Assembly (NCBI GenBank): GCA_964247055.1
Contig: OZ176058.1
Location: 3,162,001-3,226,000 of the forward strand
Source: Paragordius varius
Lineage: Eukaryota; Animalia; Nematomorpha
Direction: 5' to 3'
Length of the DNA stretch: 64,000 bases
Shown: positions 36,901-49,899 of the stretch, one piece after another
Layout of the letters: the number at the start of each line of letters is the position of its first letter
How positions within the stretch are numbered: position 1 is the stretch's first letter
Program-made: the position numbers and the translations under genes
The notes under the pieces: generated by a model
Databases searched by the model: none
The model's input: only the letters and a program-made list of their open reading frames with translations
What the model was told of the DNA's origin: nothing

Positions 36901-39900
36901 AAAATATTATAAAATCATTTGAAATTATCGCCATAATTTTATTTTAAACCTTATAAATTAACATTATATCTATTAATTTTTATATTCTGAATAACTTGAT
37001 TGTTTTAGATGTTGATATAATTTAAGTAAGATGTAAAAAAAAAGAAAGAAAAAAACGACCATATAATTTTCATGTTGTTCACGAAGAAGACATATACTAT
37101 TTTAATATTCAAGCTTACATGTGACAACACGACACCAAAGGAAGTATAAAAGGGTTGCTTTTTCGGACAAAACCAATAAATTATTTTTATTTTTAAACAT
37201 TTTTTTTCAAACCAAAATAAAATTTCTTTTTTTGCATACAATAATTCTACCGTTCTTCCTAAATTATTAAAGAGAAATACATATTACATTAAAATCTTTC
37301 AGTAAAATAGACAAATTGTCCATATTATTCGTTTAAAGGTAAAAATATTTTTTAGATTTTAGAGATTTAAATCTATTAATATAATTCGTATTTTTTTGAA
37401 CAAATTTTATTTTATTAGAATCACCATTCATGAGGTTTTTGTAATCAATATGTTAATATTATGTAAAAATAAGGATTATTATACACCATTTTTAATACAC
37501 ATTTTTTTGTCCTTTTAAAACAGATTTAGTATAAAATAAATTTATCCAAAATTAAATATACAAAACTATAGTAAAGTATAGAGAATAGCCGTATAATATC
37601 AATTATCGGTTGTTTTTTACCACAAGCTACTGTGATATTTTTCAATGAGAAACATAAAAATTTATCAAGTAAGTTTAATTTTACCTGGATTGTTTTTAAA
37701 ATACCCAATGTAAGAGTCACACCATTTTATAAGTTTTTGAAAAGGTATACACTTTCATAAAAATTTTGGGGATTTTAAACAGGATTTTACATTTTGTTTA
37801 AACTTTACGATTTAATGCGTCCATATAACTTTATCAACTATGGAACAAAGGCACCATAGTTAAAGGGGCGCCGGATTTTAATAATTTTTGATATTATTTT
37901 TTTCAAAAAATAGCTATTTAAAAGTTATTACAGTCATGTATGTTTATAAATGTCAAACATACGTTTTTAATTGATTTTACTTTGTTTTGATTTTACAATA
38001 AATAGGCTATTATTATTTAAAAATGCGCAAGTTAAAAGTTGACATATCAAACATCATAACAATTAAAAACAAAGTAAAATCAATTAAAAACTGTGTGACC
38101 TTTATAAAAATACATGACTGTATTGATAAAACATAAAAAATCACCTATTTATGAGTGGTCAGAACTATGGTTTGAATTTGATTAAATTTTTAACTGAAAG
38201 AGGTTGCATGGAAGGGAAGGGGGGCCAGAAATTTAAGATTAGAATAACACTTCATGCCCTTTTCACTTTTCCACCCAATAACATATTGGGGTTGTTTTAT
38301 ATCTCAGAGCTTATTATGTAATTAACACTGTTTTGATAGTCATAATCCTAAAATTAAAACAGCTTCAACACACAATTGAACTAAACAGCTGATATAATAA
38401 AAAAAATGCTGGAAAAATATAGCCTGAGAACTTTTTTATATTAATTATTTGCATTTAAATTAATTTATTGCCTATTGTATGCGAAAAATTTAGAAATTAA
38501 AAATGGCGGCGAAAAAGTTTGAAACAAGGATTTTTTTCAATTTTGCATTTTTTTGTTGTATAAATGCGCTTAAAAGGCTAAATTTACATATTTAAATGGT
38601 GTTAATACCTTTTAACATATTCAAATTTCAAATCGCTTTGGGATTAAAAATATCCCAAAAGTTAATGAAGTGTTAAAGTTTTTATTTGTCAAATATTGTT
38701 GAAATCTATAATTTTTTTATTTCTGCCCCATAATTTGCTTCCCAAATCATTTACCTCGTCAGTAATAAATTATTTAATAATTATTTTAAACATTTTATAC
38801 CATATGTGTTTCGGATTTTTCAAAGAAGATACAATTATACAGACAAAACGTAAAAACTAATAGGCAAAATTTTAGTTGAAAAGTACAATCAATAAATTAT
38901 TTTTTTAATTTATTTAAGATAATGTGTAGCAATTTCTACCTTAATTCCCTATTTTGCAGAGTCATTTTATCGAAAAACAGGTTGAAAAAAGGTTTAAAAT
39001 ATATTTATTTTAGTTTTTGCGTTTTGTCTTTAGCGTCATATTTTGTACAATAAAAAACTGAAATTATATGGACAAAACAGAAAATAAAGACTAATTTTTC
39101 AAAAGACACCATACTTTTGTAAATCTTAATATTTATATAAAATATGTAATTACAATCTCCAACTACATAATTGATTGTGATACCAATTTTATCAGTTATA
39201 TTTAAAAAATTTAGATTAAAAAATATGGTTGTTAGAAAAAAATATTCGTCTTTATATTTTTACGTTTTGGCCGTATAATTTTAATTTTTACTGTAAGCGT
39301 TTGTTTTATAAAAAATTTATATATTTTCACATTTTATTTTTCGTATTAAAGGTACAAAGTTTAATTACTTGATAATAAATACCCACGCCATTTATTGAAA
39401 GGAAAATATTTTAAGAAGGTAACTAAAAATCGTATGAATGTATTTAAAATCTTTTAAATTATTCATTTTTTCATGCCAAATCAATCTTGACTTTTTACAA
39501 GATAAAATTTTTAAATATCTATATGATTGTTATTAAAATATCCTATACTAATATTTAGGATAGTTTTTGAAGTGAATTCTTTTAAATTAACAATTGTTTT
39601 TGATAATTAAAATTTAAGTATTAAGCACTCATTTAATAAAAAAGGCATATTTAGAGTTTTAACTGCGAAATCGAAATATGTCTAAATCCGATTGAAGTAA
39701 ATAGTTAGTTTTTTAATATATCGATAACAAACTTTGCTGCTAAAATATATTTTAAGAGCTATTATAATTGGTTCTATTTTAACTAATAATTTATTTGTAT
39801 CTTAGCAACCTGTGCAATCTTTTTTATATTTTTGCATACACTCATATATATATCACTTCGATAATTTCCTTTTAGAGAATTCGAAACTAGTCACTGTGCT

Positions 39901-41589
39901 ATATTATTTTTTATTTTGCTATTCCAAAAATATTTTATTATTTTATTTTTCTATAGCAAATAAAAACTATTTTATTTTTACATTCTTAGACATAATATCA
40001 TTAATTTGTCTTTTCAAATAAAAAAAATGTTTTTTATACAATTTTTACGTTAAAAAAACGTATTTATAATTTTTTAAAATCATTAACTTTTTAAAATATT
40101 TAAATTTACACCAGGGTACAAAACTATGTTAGGTCGGTTACCAATTTACATCTTTTTCCTTAATTCACAACCGATGTTTCATTTGAAAGATGTAAAAAAT
40201 ATGTTTAATTAATTTTTATGTCTGTCAATTTAGATTTTTTCCTTAAATATTTTTATGGTAAAAGATATTTTTTATTCCAGTAAAATTTGATCATCTAAAA
40301 ATACGCTTCAAAAAACCACAAATTTTTTAAAATTTGGTGGTTTTATTTCCATTGAAGCCTATTTTAAAACTATGATCAGCTGTTTTGGATATTTTTAATA
40401 ATTTTTTAATATTTATATATACTATCATTAATTAACAAATTTTTAATAAACGAACGATGCTATATATATTTTTCCATTTATCACGTATTGGCTGTCCAGC
40501 TCTATGGTATTCATTGCGAGTTTATTGACTTGTCATATATCACAGTAGCGTGTGATACAAAAAAAGATTAGCCATAATAAAATAAATTAAAAGGATGTAA
40601 AAACCTAGGAAAAATGTGTTAAATTTTCACCGTTTGTTGTTTATTACCATACGACACTGTAACAAAACAGAGAGAACAATACTAATTTAATTAATGCTTT
40701 TGTCATCTATAAAACTATTAGATATGGGAAAATTAATTTATTAAATTTTATGGGAAATATGGTTTATCATTTTTGTTTTGGAATAATTGTAATGGTAACC
40801 AGAACAGTGGGACATTGTTTTAGAATAATATTGACAGATTTTATATATATATATATATATTTATAACACTTAATAATAAATGTAGAAATGTACAGTTTAA
40901 ATAATTAAATGTATTGTATGAGAATCCAAAATAGAAGCTATAAGGCATTCGAAGCAAAAACTATGGAAATATTGGTTAAAATATTTAGTAAAATTAATAA
41001 CACTTCAATTTGAAGTATCTAAATAGCTCATATTGTTGATATTTTTAAAAAACTACTGAAAAAAAACGGTTTCAATTTAAGTTTTATGCTTCTATGATAT
41101 TAATTATATAAATAAGCTAAAACATCTAGACATTTTGAAAAAAGTTCCCTATCAAACTCCTTCGATGCCTTTATTTGATTCCAAGGCTAAAATTAACTTT
41201 TTATTATCACATTTAACATTATTATAAACGAAAAAGGTGGTTATTTTTCATTATTTTTATATTTAACTTATGCACACATGTCATGTTGGCTAAATTTTTT
41301 ACCTCTCAATAAGTATTATCATGTATTTCTGAATAAATTTTTTTTATATTTCGGTTCATTAATGTTATATAAGTGTAAAGTTTTGTAGTTGGATTTTATT
41401 CCATATTTTCTGAAAATTAATTAAAAAAATCCAGGGGTATCCATCGACCCCAATTCGAATTGAAGGACTGAAAATATATTGTATCCAGTGTTTAACGTAG
41501 GCATAGAAAATAATATTAAACAAGTTCTTTTTATATAATCTGATATTATCATGGGTATGCTACACATTTAAATTATTTTTATCGTTCTT

Positions 41590-41953
41590 TCGAGCAGTTG
41601 ATCATGTTCGTATCAACTATTCCGCCATAGAACCTTATCAAAGGCGTTTTCGCCTTTTAGGTTCCTTGTTTTCAATATCTCCAATATCTGAATCTATCTA
41701 TGGCGTTTTAATGCGCCTTCTTCCCCTCCTGCCTTCTACAATAGTGGTATACAACAAGCGGCTATCTATTAAATTTCTGAAGCCTGCTAAATTTCATATA
41801 GAAAATTTACAAAATCCAAGTGATATCGATTTACTTAAACACATTGTGAAAAAATCCCAAGTTATGGCAATGAACTTCATCGAAAAATGTTAATATAAAT
41901 AGTAATTATTACAGTTAATATATTTAAAAATGTGAAGAAATATTTGTTAAAGC

Positions 41954-41988
<35 letters not shown>

Positions 41989-42600
41989 AAATTTTGCCCG
42001 ACAAATTTCTTAATCAGAAATGCGGCCTGCCAAGCCTATTTTAGACTTCCCTGTTCTATAAAATATTAATCCATCTGTCATTTTACCGACACAGTTAGCA
42101 TCTGTTTCTATATAAACCTTACACAGAACTCAAATATTCATCAACAAAGCCTTAAGGAAAATAATGGGATATTCCTATCAAAACCACTCATTAATATCCA
42201 ATGCAGCACTTTACGCCGAAACAAAATGCATTCCCAAAGAATACGCTATCCCCCTAGCAGGATTAAATGTTATGGCACATCAAATTAAAAGATGTAACAT
42301 AGGCCCACTGTGGGAAGCGCTATCATGGAAAGATAATAACACCGAAAATTACAAACAAGACAAAACTACTTGGCTAGGACGCATCTTAACATTTCTTTCA
42401 AGATTCGAATTGAATGAAAACAAATTTATTCAGTTAGTCAAACAAAACAATTGGAAGAAAACGGCCGAAGAATGCAAATTACAAATAATTGCTATGTGTT
42501 TGTTAGACCACGAGGAAAAGAAAGAACAAAAAAAGATTAGAAAAATTAAAAAATCAAGAACCGATAATGATAATATGTGGATAACGCCTACACTCGAGAC
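41590..42600 (+). mobile_element. Decayed RTE-clade non-LTR retrotransposon (3' part of the reverse transcriptase ORF), with frameshifts and a (TA)n insert
   Basis: TQIFINKALRKIMGYSYQNHSLISNAALYAETKCIP...EALSWK...KTTW...QLVKQNNWK resembles the RTE C-terminus (LQVFVNKCLRRIL...ISNEELW..T..P...QALEWNP...PKNTW...LAQDR..W). Upstream SISPISESIYGVLMR and PSDIDLL resemble eroded LSP.LF and YADD motifs. Confidence 0.6.
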
Positions 42601-42662
42601 CTTAGGGTTCCTTTTTTCTCTTTATTTTACTTTGCGAAATTTTAAAAAAAATATATATAGTA

Positions 42663-42772
42663 CAGTAGCATATGGTAAATAATTCAAATAAAATAAAAAA
42701 AATAAAAAAATAAAGTTTATAATCAATTAAAATAGGTTACAAATCTTAATCTTTTCTTACCATACGCTACTG
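42663..42772. mobile_element. MITE family C (about 115 nt; TIR CAGTAGCRTATGGTAA, TA TSD)
   Basis: TA|CAGTAGCATATGGTAA...TTACCATACGCTACTG|TA; other copies at 40543-40659, 46227-46344, 56299-56412 and 62915-63031. Confidence 0.8.
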
Positions 42773-44173
42773 TATATAACGAATTTGATTTCCAAAACAG
42801 TCTAAACTTATAATAATTTTTAAACTAAATTTTTTGGAACTTTAAAAACTGTACCTTAATACGATAATATTAACTGAATCAAAATACTTTACGTACATCA
42901 AACATTTTATAGCAAATAATTGGCTTGGATTTAGAAACAACCATTTTTTTTTCTCCTTTGAAGATAACTAATTAAAACATCCATAAAATATAAATAAAAA
43001 AATATTTCAATATAATAAAGGTCATCCTAATAAATTTTTGAATAAATTTAAACCGATATAACTTTAAATATAACTTCCTTATTTATATTAGAATAAATCA
43101 AACTTTTGTAATCAATGCCCCGTGAAGGCTATGCTGTGAAGGGGATTGGGGAGTCTTGTGCAGACTGAAACTGTCAAGTTAGATTGATCTTGTTTCACCC
43201 CTGATACTGATACTGATATATATATATATCCGCACTGTCTAAGGCGATACCATTTGAATTACGATTCTACTTCTAGACTAACTAAACGAAATTGAAAACA
43301 TTTACATAGATTGTTAATCAAAATTTTATCAAGATTTAATTATTTTGCTGAAATTTTAAAAAACTTATTCAATATGTCACAAAGAATAGAGATTCAATTT
43401 TTAGTGTCAAATGCCTCTATCTAAAATTTAAAAAGTGCACACACTGCCTCTCGAATCGGGGGGGGGGGGATAAAATATATCCAAATAAGATAGAAAAATG
43501 TATCACGAGTATCATGGTGCTTTTGGTTTTGACGTTAACGAATAATTTTAAAAAGTTAGCTGCACCCAAGTAGTAACAGCTTCCTATCAGAAAGAAAATG
43601 GGAAAATATGCGCAGATTTTGCAAATAAATTTTTTGAAATCTGAATGCTATATTCGAAAATCCCTAAATATGATAAACCATATATGAAGAGTAAAACAAA
43701 TTTTTTAAAAATTTTTTATTTTTTGATGTGAGCTCCAAAAGTAATATTTTATCCCCTTAATGAGTTGGTTCTCTTAAAAACTTAAAAATCGCAAGATCGT
43801 GAGAAAAATGTAAAATTATTGCTAAATTTTGACTTCCAATAAAAATATTTTTATTTTATAGTAAATTTTTGATGATTTGGCATGTTGGAAACGGCATACT
43901 TAATTAAAAACATTTTTTTAACATAATTTGATGATTGCTGAATGATTAAACTATTGCTAGTCTTTAAATTTATTTTATAAAATTTTATGCTTTGTTTACA
44001 AATATTCTCCAAATTTGAGAGCCAAAGTTTATATTTAAAAATCTGAGTTAATAGAAATCATCAGCATTTTCTATTTTACAAAAAATGTATGTTTTGTACA
44101 TTAAAGGGTTTTTATACCGTTTTCATCACGCCTCAAATAGTATGAAATATGCTACACAAGTTGTGCTATAAAG

Positions 44174-44457
44174 CAGTGGTTGCCAAAAGAAGGGCCACCC
44201 CCCCCAAAGGGGCCGTAGGTCAATCAAATTGAGGTGCGAAAAATTAGAATATGTTATTAAAAAATATAACTAGAAACAAATTGAATTATTTCAGGTGCAT
44301 CAAGATTGGTCACCGATATGGAAAAAATATTTCAAATGCAGATATAAGGATCTTCACAGATTGGGATATTTAAATTATATAATATATTTAGATTTCTCTT
44401 GGATTTTTTGATGAGGGGGGGGGGGTAAGCATGAACAAAAAAGGTTGGGAACCACTG
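44174..44457. mobile_element. hAT-like MITE
   Basis: TIR CAGTGGTTGCCAA...TTGGGAACCACTG; imperfect 8-bp TSD CTATAAAG/ATTTAAAG. Related hAT-like remnants (CAGGGGTGTCC, GCGGCCCGCG) near 34600-34660 and 46511-46720. Confidence 0.72.
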
Positions 44458-44825
44458 ATTTAAAGTATATTTTAATAAAAAGTATGCATTTTTTAAAAAG
44501 TATTTTTATTAGATGCCAAAACTTGGCATCCATTAATTTTATCATGATATCTTGGCATTTTATGTTTATAAAAGAATTGGCCGATTTGAGAAAGAGAAAA
44601 AATTTAGGACTTTCGAAGTCGCATCTAAAAATTAGAAAATTTTAAAAATATCATATTCCTTATATATAATTTATGATATTTTACGGTATTTTTAAATGCA
44701 TTTAGCTTTCAAAAAATTTTAAATAAACAAAACATGCATTTGTTTTGCCCTTATATGCAGTATCACAATAAAAAATATTTAATTACTAGTGGAGGGGGGT
44801 AAAACTGAAACTTGGTAATCCTGAT

Positions 44826-44856
<31 letters not shown>

Positions 44857-47429
44857 TGTATCATCTTTTGTATAAAATGCTATGTTGTTAAGCTTCAAAA
44901 TTAGGCAGAAATCAGATATTTTAAAAAATTTGTGGGATTACAACCCTACTTTAAATTCTAACATTGATTATAGTATAAGGAATCAGATGCTAAGATTCAG
45001 CCAAAAAGCTTCTCCAAAATGCAATCGTCAACGAAAATTCAAAGTTAAAGGATTATCAAATAGAATTATTTTATTGTTTAACATATGCTCGTTTCGCTTT
45101 TTATATTTCACGCATACCATATGGCAGCCTTACCAGAGTATATATATAAAGAGGCTAGTAGGAGATGATTCATTTTATATTCTTGTTGTTTTAATTTTCT
45201 ATCTTGCAATTGTGCTGTGATGGAAAAAAGCCAATCGAAATATATTTGGAATACACAATAATTTTTATTAATTTCATCTTCCTTTTTTTCTTCCAATTTT
45301 GCTTTGGCTTTTTAACGCTCTGCTTTTTTCCACATTATTCCTAGCTTTTATTTGCAGCTAATGAAATTACAATTTAACATCATCAATATAAAATGATCTT
45401 TCATCTGTGTTTTGCCATTCATTTCAAGTTAATAATATATGATTTTGTGATTAATTTATTCGTTTTCGATAATCAAACTTATCGATAATGGTTTAATTCA
45501 TGATATATATTTTACTGGCTATAATTCTATACTTGATAAATTAAATTTAAATATCCAACCAATATTTTTTTGCATAAGTTATCACATATAATAAAATTTT
45601 GTTTTATATTTAGTATGCTATCCGCAATTTAAAACATTTTTTATTGCAAACCTGCTTCCAAGATTTAGTAAGTAATATAAATTTAATTTTTTTTGAAATA
45701 ATCCTAATTATATATTGGAATTTATAAAAAAATACCACGGTATTTTAGATTTTAAAGGCCAAATAAATATTTGTGATTTTATTACCGTTTTAATCAAAAC
45801 ATATTTCTTCCTTGTTGAACGTTTTTTTTGTGTTGAAAATAATTTAAACAAGTATAAAACCTTAAAATTAGAATTTTTTAGGGGGCGGTTTAATGTTGGA
45901 ATCACCCTTTAAAATTCTTGTTTCTATAAACATTTAAACACTTTTTGCTATTTTTTTGTCGATTTTATAGAGTTTTAAATTTTTGCAAATTGAAGTATAT
46001 TTACCTATTTTATTTTGATAACGTTATCCAAAAAATTTTAAAATTATTTTGATAGAAAAATTTGTTGAAATTTAATTCATTTTAATTTAAAACATTTAAG
46101 TTTAAAAAAAAATTGGTTAAAAACAAACCGAACTTTAATCAATAAACCTCTAATTTTTCTGAATATTTATAAAATAATTTTTTAATTTAAATTATCTTAA
46201 ATGCTCAGTTTTGGGTTCACAGTATACAGTCGCGTATGGTAATAAACAACAAATGGTTGAAATGAAACAATTTTTCCCCTTTGATTTAACGTTCTCAATG
46301 TTTATTTAATTATCGACAAAGTTTTTTTTAACCATACGCTGCTGTATATTGATATTATTTAAGGACCAACTTTAAATGCGTTTTGACATTCAATTTTTTG
46401 GTATTACACTTTTATGACTTTTATTCAGTAAATTTTTTAATTTAAGGGAAAAAATAATTAATTTGTTTCTTGTACATGATTTTTCTTTAATACGATGTAA
46501 CTATTTAATTCAGGGGTGTCCAGCACGCCATCCGCTAAAAATTTGGAATTTTAAAATATGCCTACAAAATCTTGCAAAATTAATATTTAAAAATATCCAA
46601 TTGGCAAGAACTAGAATCTTATATTGCGTCTGTATTTTGAAATCTTGTGGTTTAACCTAATATTTGTGAATCTTCATATATGTATTTTGATTTCGGCCCG
46701 CGAATAACGTGTCGAACAAGTTTTAACAATTTTTACTGCTATAAGCGAATAATAATTGTCTTTTATTCTATCTGGCAATATATAAAGAAAATTTTGTATT
46801 ATATAAAACTTTACTGTATCTTTGAAAGTTTTTGTGTTTTAACGTGTGTTTTTATATGTATATATATTCCTATAAGATTTTGTCATGGCTACTTGGTAAC
46901 AAACTCCTACGCTTACAATTACAGCTGTCACACTAATTACAAGACAAGACAAGAATATATGAGAAATATATGGAGAAGATAGATGGTGACACAAAAAAAC
47001 TATACAATTATCATCCAAATTTAACACGCACAACAAGACGAAAAATCGAAAATATGTTTAGTTTTAATCCGTGCGTGATTTTATAAAGAATTCTTCCTTA
47101 TTGAATGTTTAAATAATAGTTGTTTAAAGAAAGATATATAATTACATTAGCCTCTAATTAGTCAATTTAATAACTCTACCCGGTGTTTATATTTTTGAAT
47201 TTACAACACATTTTTTTGCTTTTTTATCCCATCCCTTTTTATATGTGTTTGGAAAAAAAATGTTTTGCATTTTTTCCTGAAAGTTTTTTTTGCCGTATTA
47301 TTCCGCTACCTTTTCATTCCTATATTTTATATGGATCGACTGAAATTTATTGAAAAAAAAGCAATCAATACCAATTGTGTGAAATAAATATACGATTAAT
47401 TAGTCAATTGTGACAAAAATTTTTTTTTC

Positions 47430-47813
47430 ATGTCCGCACTTTTAACACCCGGTGGTGCACCTTTGTGTGTTAACCCAGGAGCAGCTGTTCAAATGGGTAC
47501 GCCATCTTTCCTCACCACACCAGCTGTTCACTTTGGCAACAACAATCATAATTTGCAACATTTCCCGCCGCACCAATTCGTTGCCATGGCAACGCTTGGT
47601 ACACCAGGTAGCAACGTGCCATCTCTAACAGCAACCGTTGCCAATGGCAACCAAAACGGAAATAAAGATAGCCGATGGTTGACGCTTGAAGTGTGTCGCG
47701 AATACACCCGTAATAAATGCACCCGATCAGATGCTGAATGTAAGTATGCCCATCCACCCGGTCACGTGGAGGTCCAAAATGGCCGCGTTACCGCCTGCTT
47801 TGATTCAATAAAG
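47430..47813 (+). CDS. mbl: mbl exon 1 (ZnF1)
   Basis: ATG 47430, AAG|gtaaaa donor, C-x7-C-x6-C-x3-H motif. Confidence 0.95.
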
Positions 47814-49854
47814 GTAAAATTTGTGTTAGGCTTTTTAGATGGACTCGAATAAATTAGGCATATCTAATTTCAAGTTTTTTAAAAAAAGGATGATTTAATT
47901 TTAAATCATATAATTTACGTGTGTTGTGTTAATTTCCCTCTTTTCGTATAATTGAATTTTTAATCGCAACTGCCTGGATCCTTTTTAAGAAATTGTAAAT
48001 TTTTATGTAAAGAGCCATAGAGGCACAGTTTTTAATCAATCAAAACGAATTTTTCCAGTATTATTAGTAATTTGATGACAAGTATATTTTTATATTAACA
48101 TGTGTAATATCTCCTTAATTTTATTATAAACGTATTATGCACTCATGTCCTTGATTGGGCAGACGACTCTCTAAATTTATTTTTTATAATAATTTAAATA
48201 TAAAGTTTAGTTTATAAAAAGATTTTATTTTTTTAAAATTTGATTTTTAATCTTTTGAATTTCGTTAATTTTTTTTCTTCAAAAAATCCAAGGTGGCCTG
48301 GGGTAATGTTGCCAATTTGCCCAGATTGTCCTAAATAATAATAATTGGTTTTCCTTTATATACTAAAGTTTATTCTTTTCATTCCCTTGTATGAATGTCT
48401 CGTAGGCCTCATAACCAAAAGCGCTATCAAAACTTTTTCGATATCATATTTTAAGTCCATTATGTAATAATATTACAACCTTTCAACTTTCAATTTTTTG
48501 ATTATGTGATTTTTTTTCATTTTTGCGTATTAAGAAATGGTTTCACTTGTATATAGTGTCCATTTTCATATAAACGAGATAAAAATATATTTGTCAATAT
48601 TTACCTAAAGTATTAGTGCGTTCGTTAAAATATATTTTATACTTGGGCATTAATTATATTTTGTAAGCCTGCCCTTCTTTTTTGGGGGTTTTTTAGGTGG
48701 TGGATTGGACTTTGAGGTTGACCTTTACAAAAAAGGATAGAGAGAGTCAATATTTATAATCGATTTTGTTGAGATAATTTTAGAATGACTTATTTTTTAT
48801 AAACCACAATATTTCACAATTTTTACTACAATAACCCCTAATCTTAGTGCTAAACTCAAATTGTTAAAATTATGCAGACAAAACTGCAAAAACTAAAACA
48901 GGAGTGTCATTTTTGCGGCTGATTTGATAATTTTGGTTTTTTTATTAATTGAGCCCAATTTTGTATGATATGTCTTTAAAATAATCGGAAATTTTTTGTT
49001 AAAATAATTTTATTTTTTGCCATTTTTGTATGTTGGACATTTTTGTATGTTGGACATTACTGAACTAAAAGACAAATAAATATTTTTTTGCAAAAAGACA
49101 ATCATCCTTTAAAAAATCTGAGATTTTTAGAAACTATTTAATTAGGATTGATCAATAATTGTATAATCAATTTTATTTCAAACTTTGCAGTTAAAACACT
49201 GAGTCATATTTAAAAAAAAATCAATTTAAAAATATATAGTGGTATTTTAAATTTTGTCTGTATAATTCTTACAATTCTTACAATTTTTATCATAATTTTA
49301 ATGATAAAGTATTAGAATGATATAATGTAATATCAGCAAATTAATAATAAATTTATTAATGAATTTTCGTTAGATTCATCTAACTTCTTCGGATTAACAT
49401 AAAATAAAAAATAAAAATAAAATTAAAGTTTATAACTGAGGTTTTCATTTTAAGTTCGGGTACACAATAATAAGTTATATACTTAATCAATCAAAAACCC
49501 CTAATAGAAACAAAGTAAAAATATTTTTTTTATAAAAAAACCATTTTTAAAGTAAGCTAATAATTTTATATCCTGTTTTTTTAGCTCAGTAAACTCGCTA
49601 TCAATATTTTAAAGATGTCCAAATGTGTCACCAAATTTTTATAAATCGTGTCAAAATAATGGAAAAAAAAGATTTTTTTGACAAAATAATTATATTATTT
49701 TTTATTATCCTATGTAAAAAATGTCCTTTTTAATCATTGTTTTAAAGCAGTTTTTTCCACCTGTAAGCACAGGTGAAAATGAATATTTTTCAATTATCTT
49801 TTTTTATTTTATGTAGTGTAGTATTTTGGTTATTTGGTTTGACATATCTAGTAT

Positions 49855-49899
<45 letters not shown>

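Noticed and set aside
41645-41662. TTTCGCCTTTTA resembling U5 snRNA loop I
   Set aside because: No flanking U5 stem or Sm site; it lies inside the decayed RTE.
43458-43469. G12 run (also about 44415-44425) as a G-quadruplex element
   Set aside because: Isolated homopolymers; the second lies within the hAT-like MITE, and there is no functional context.
46680-47110. Short ORFs upstream of mbl
   Set aside because: No homology or reliable splice connection; likely UTR/promoter or hAT remnant sequence.
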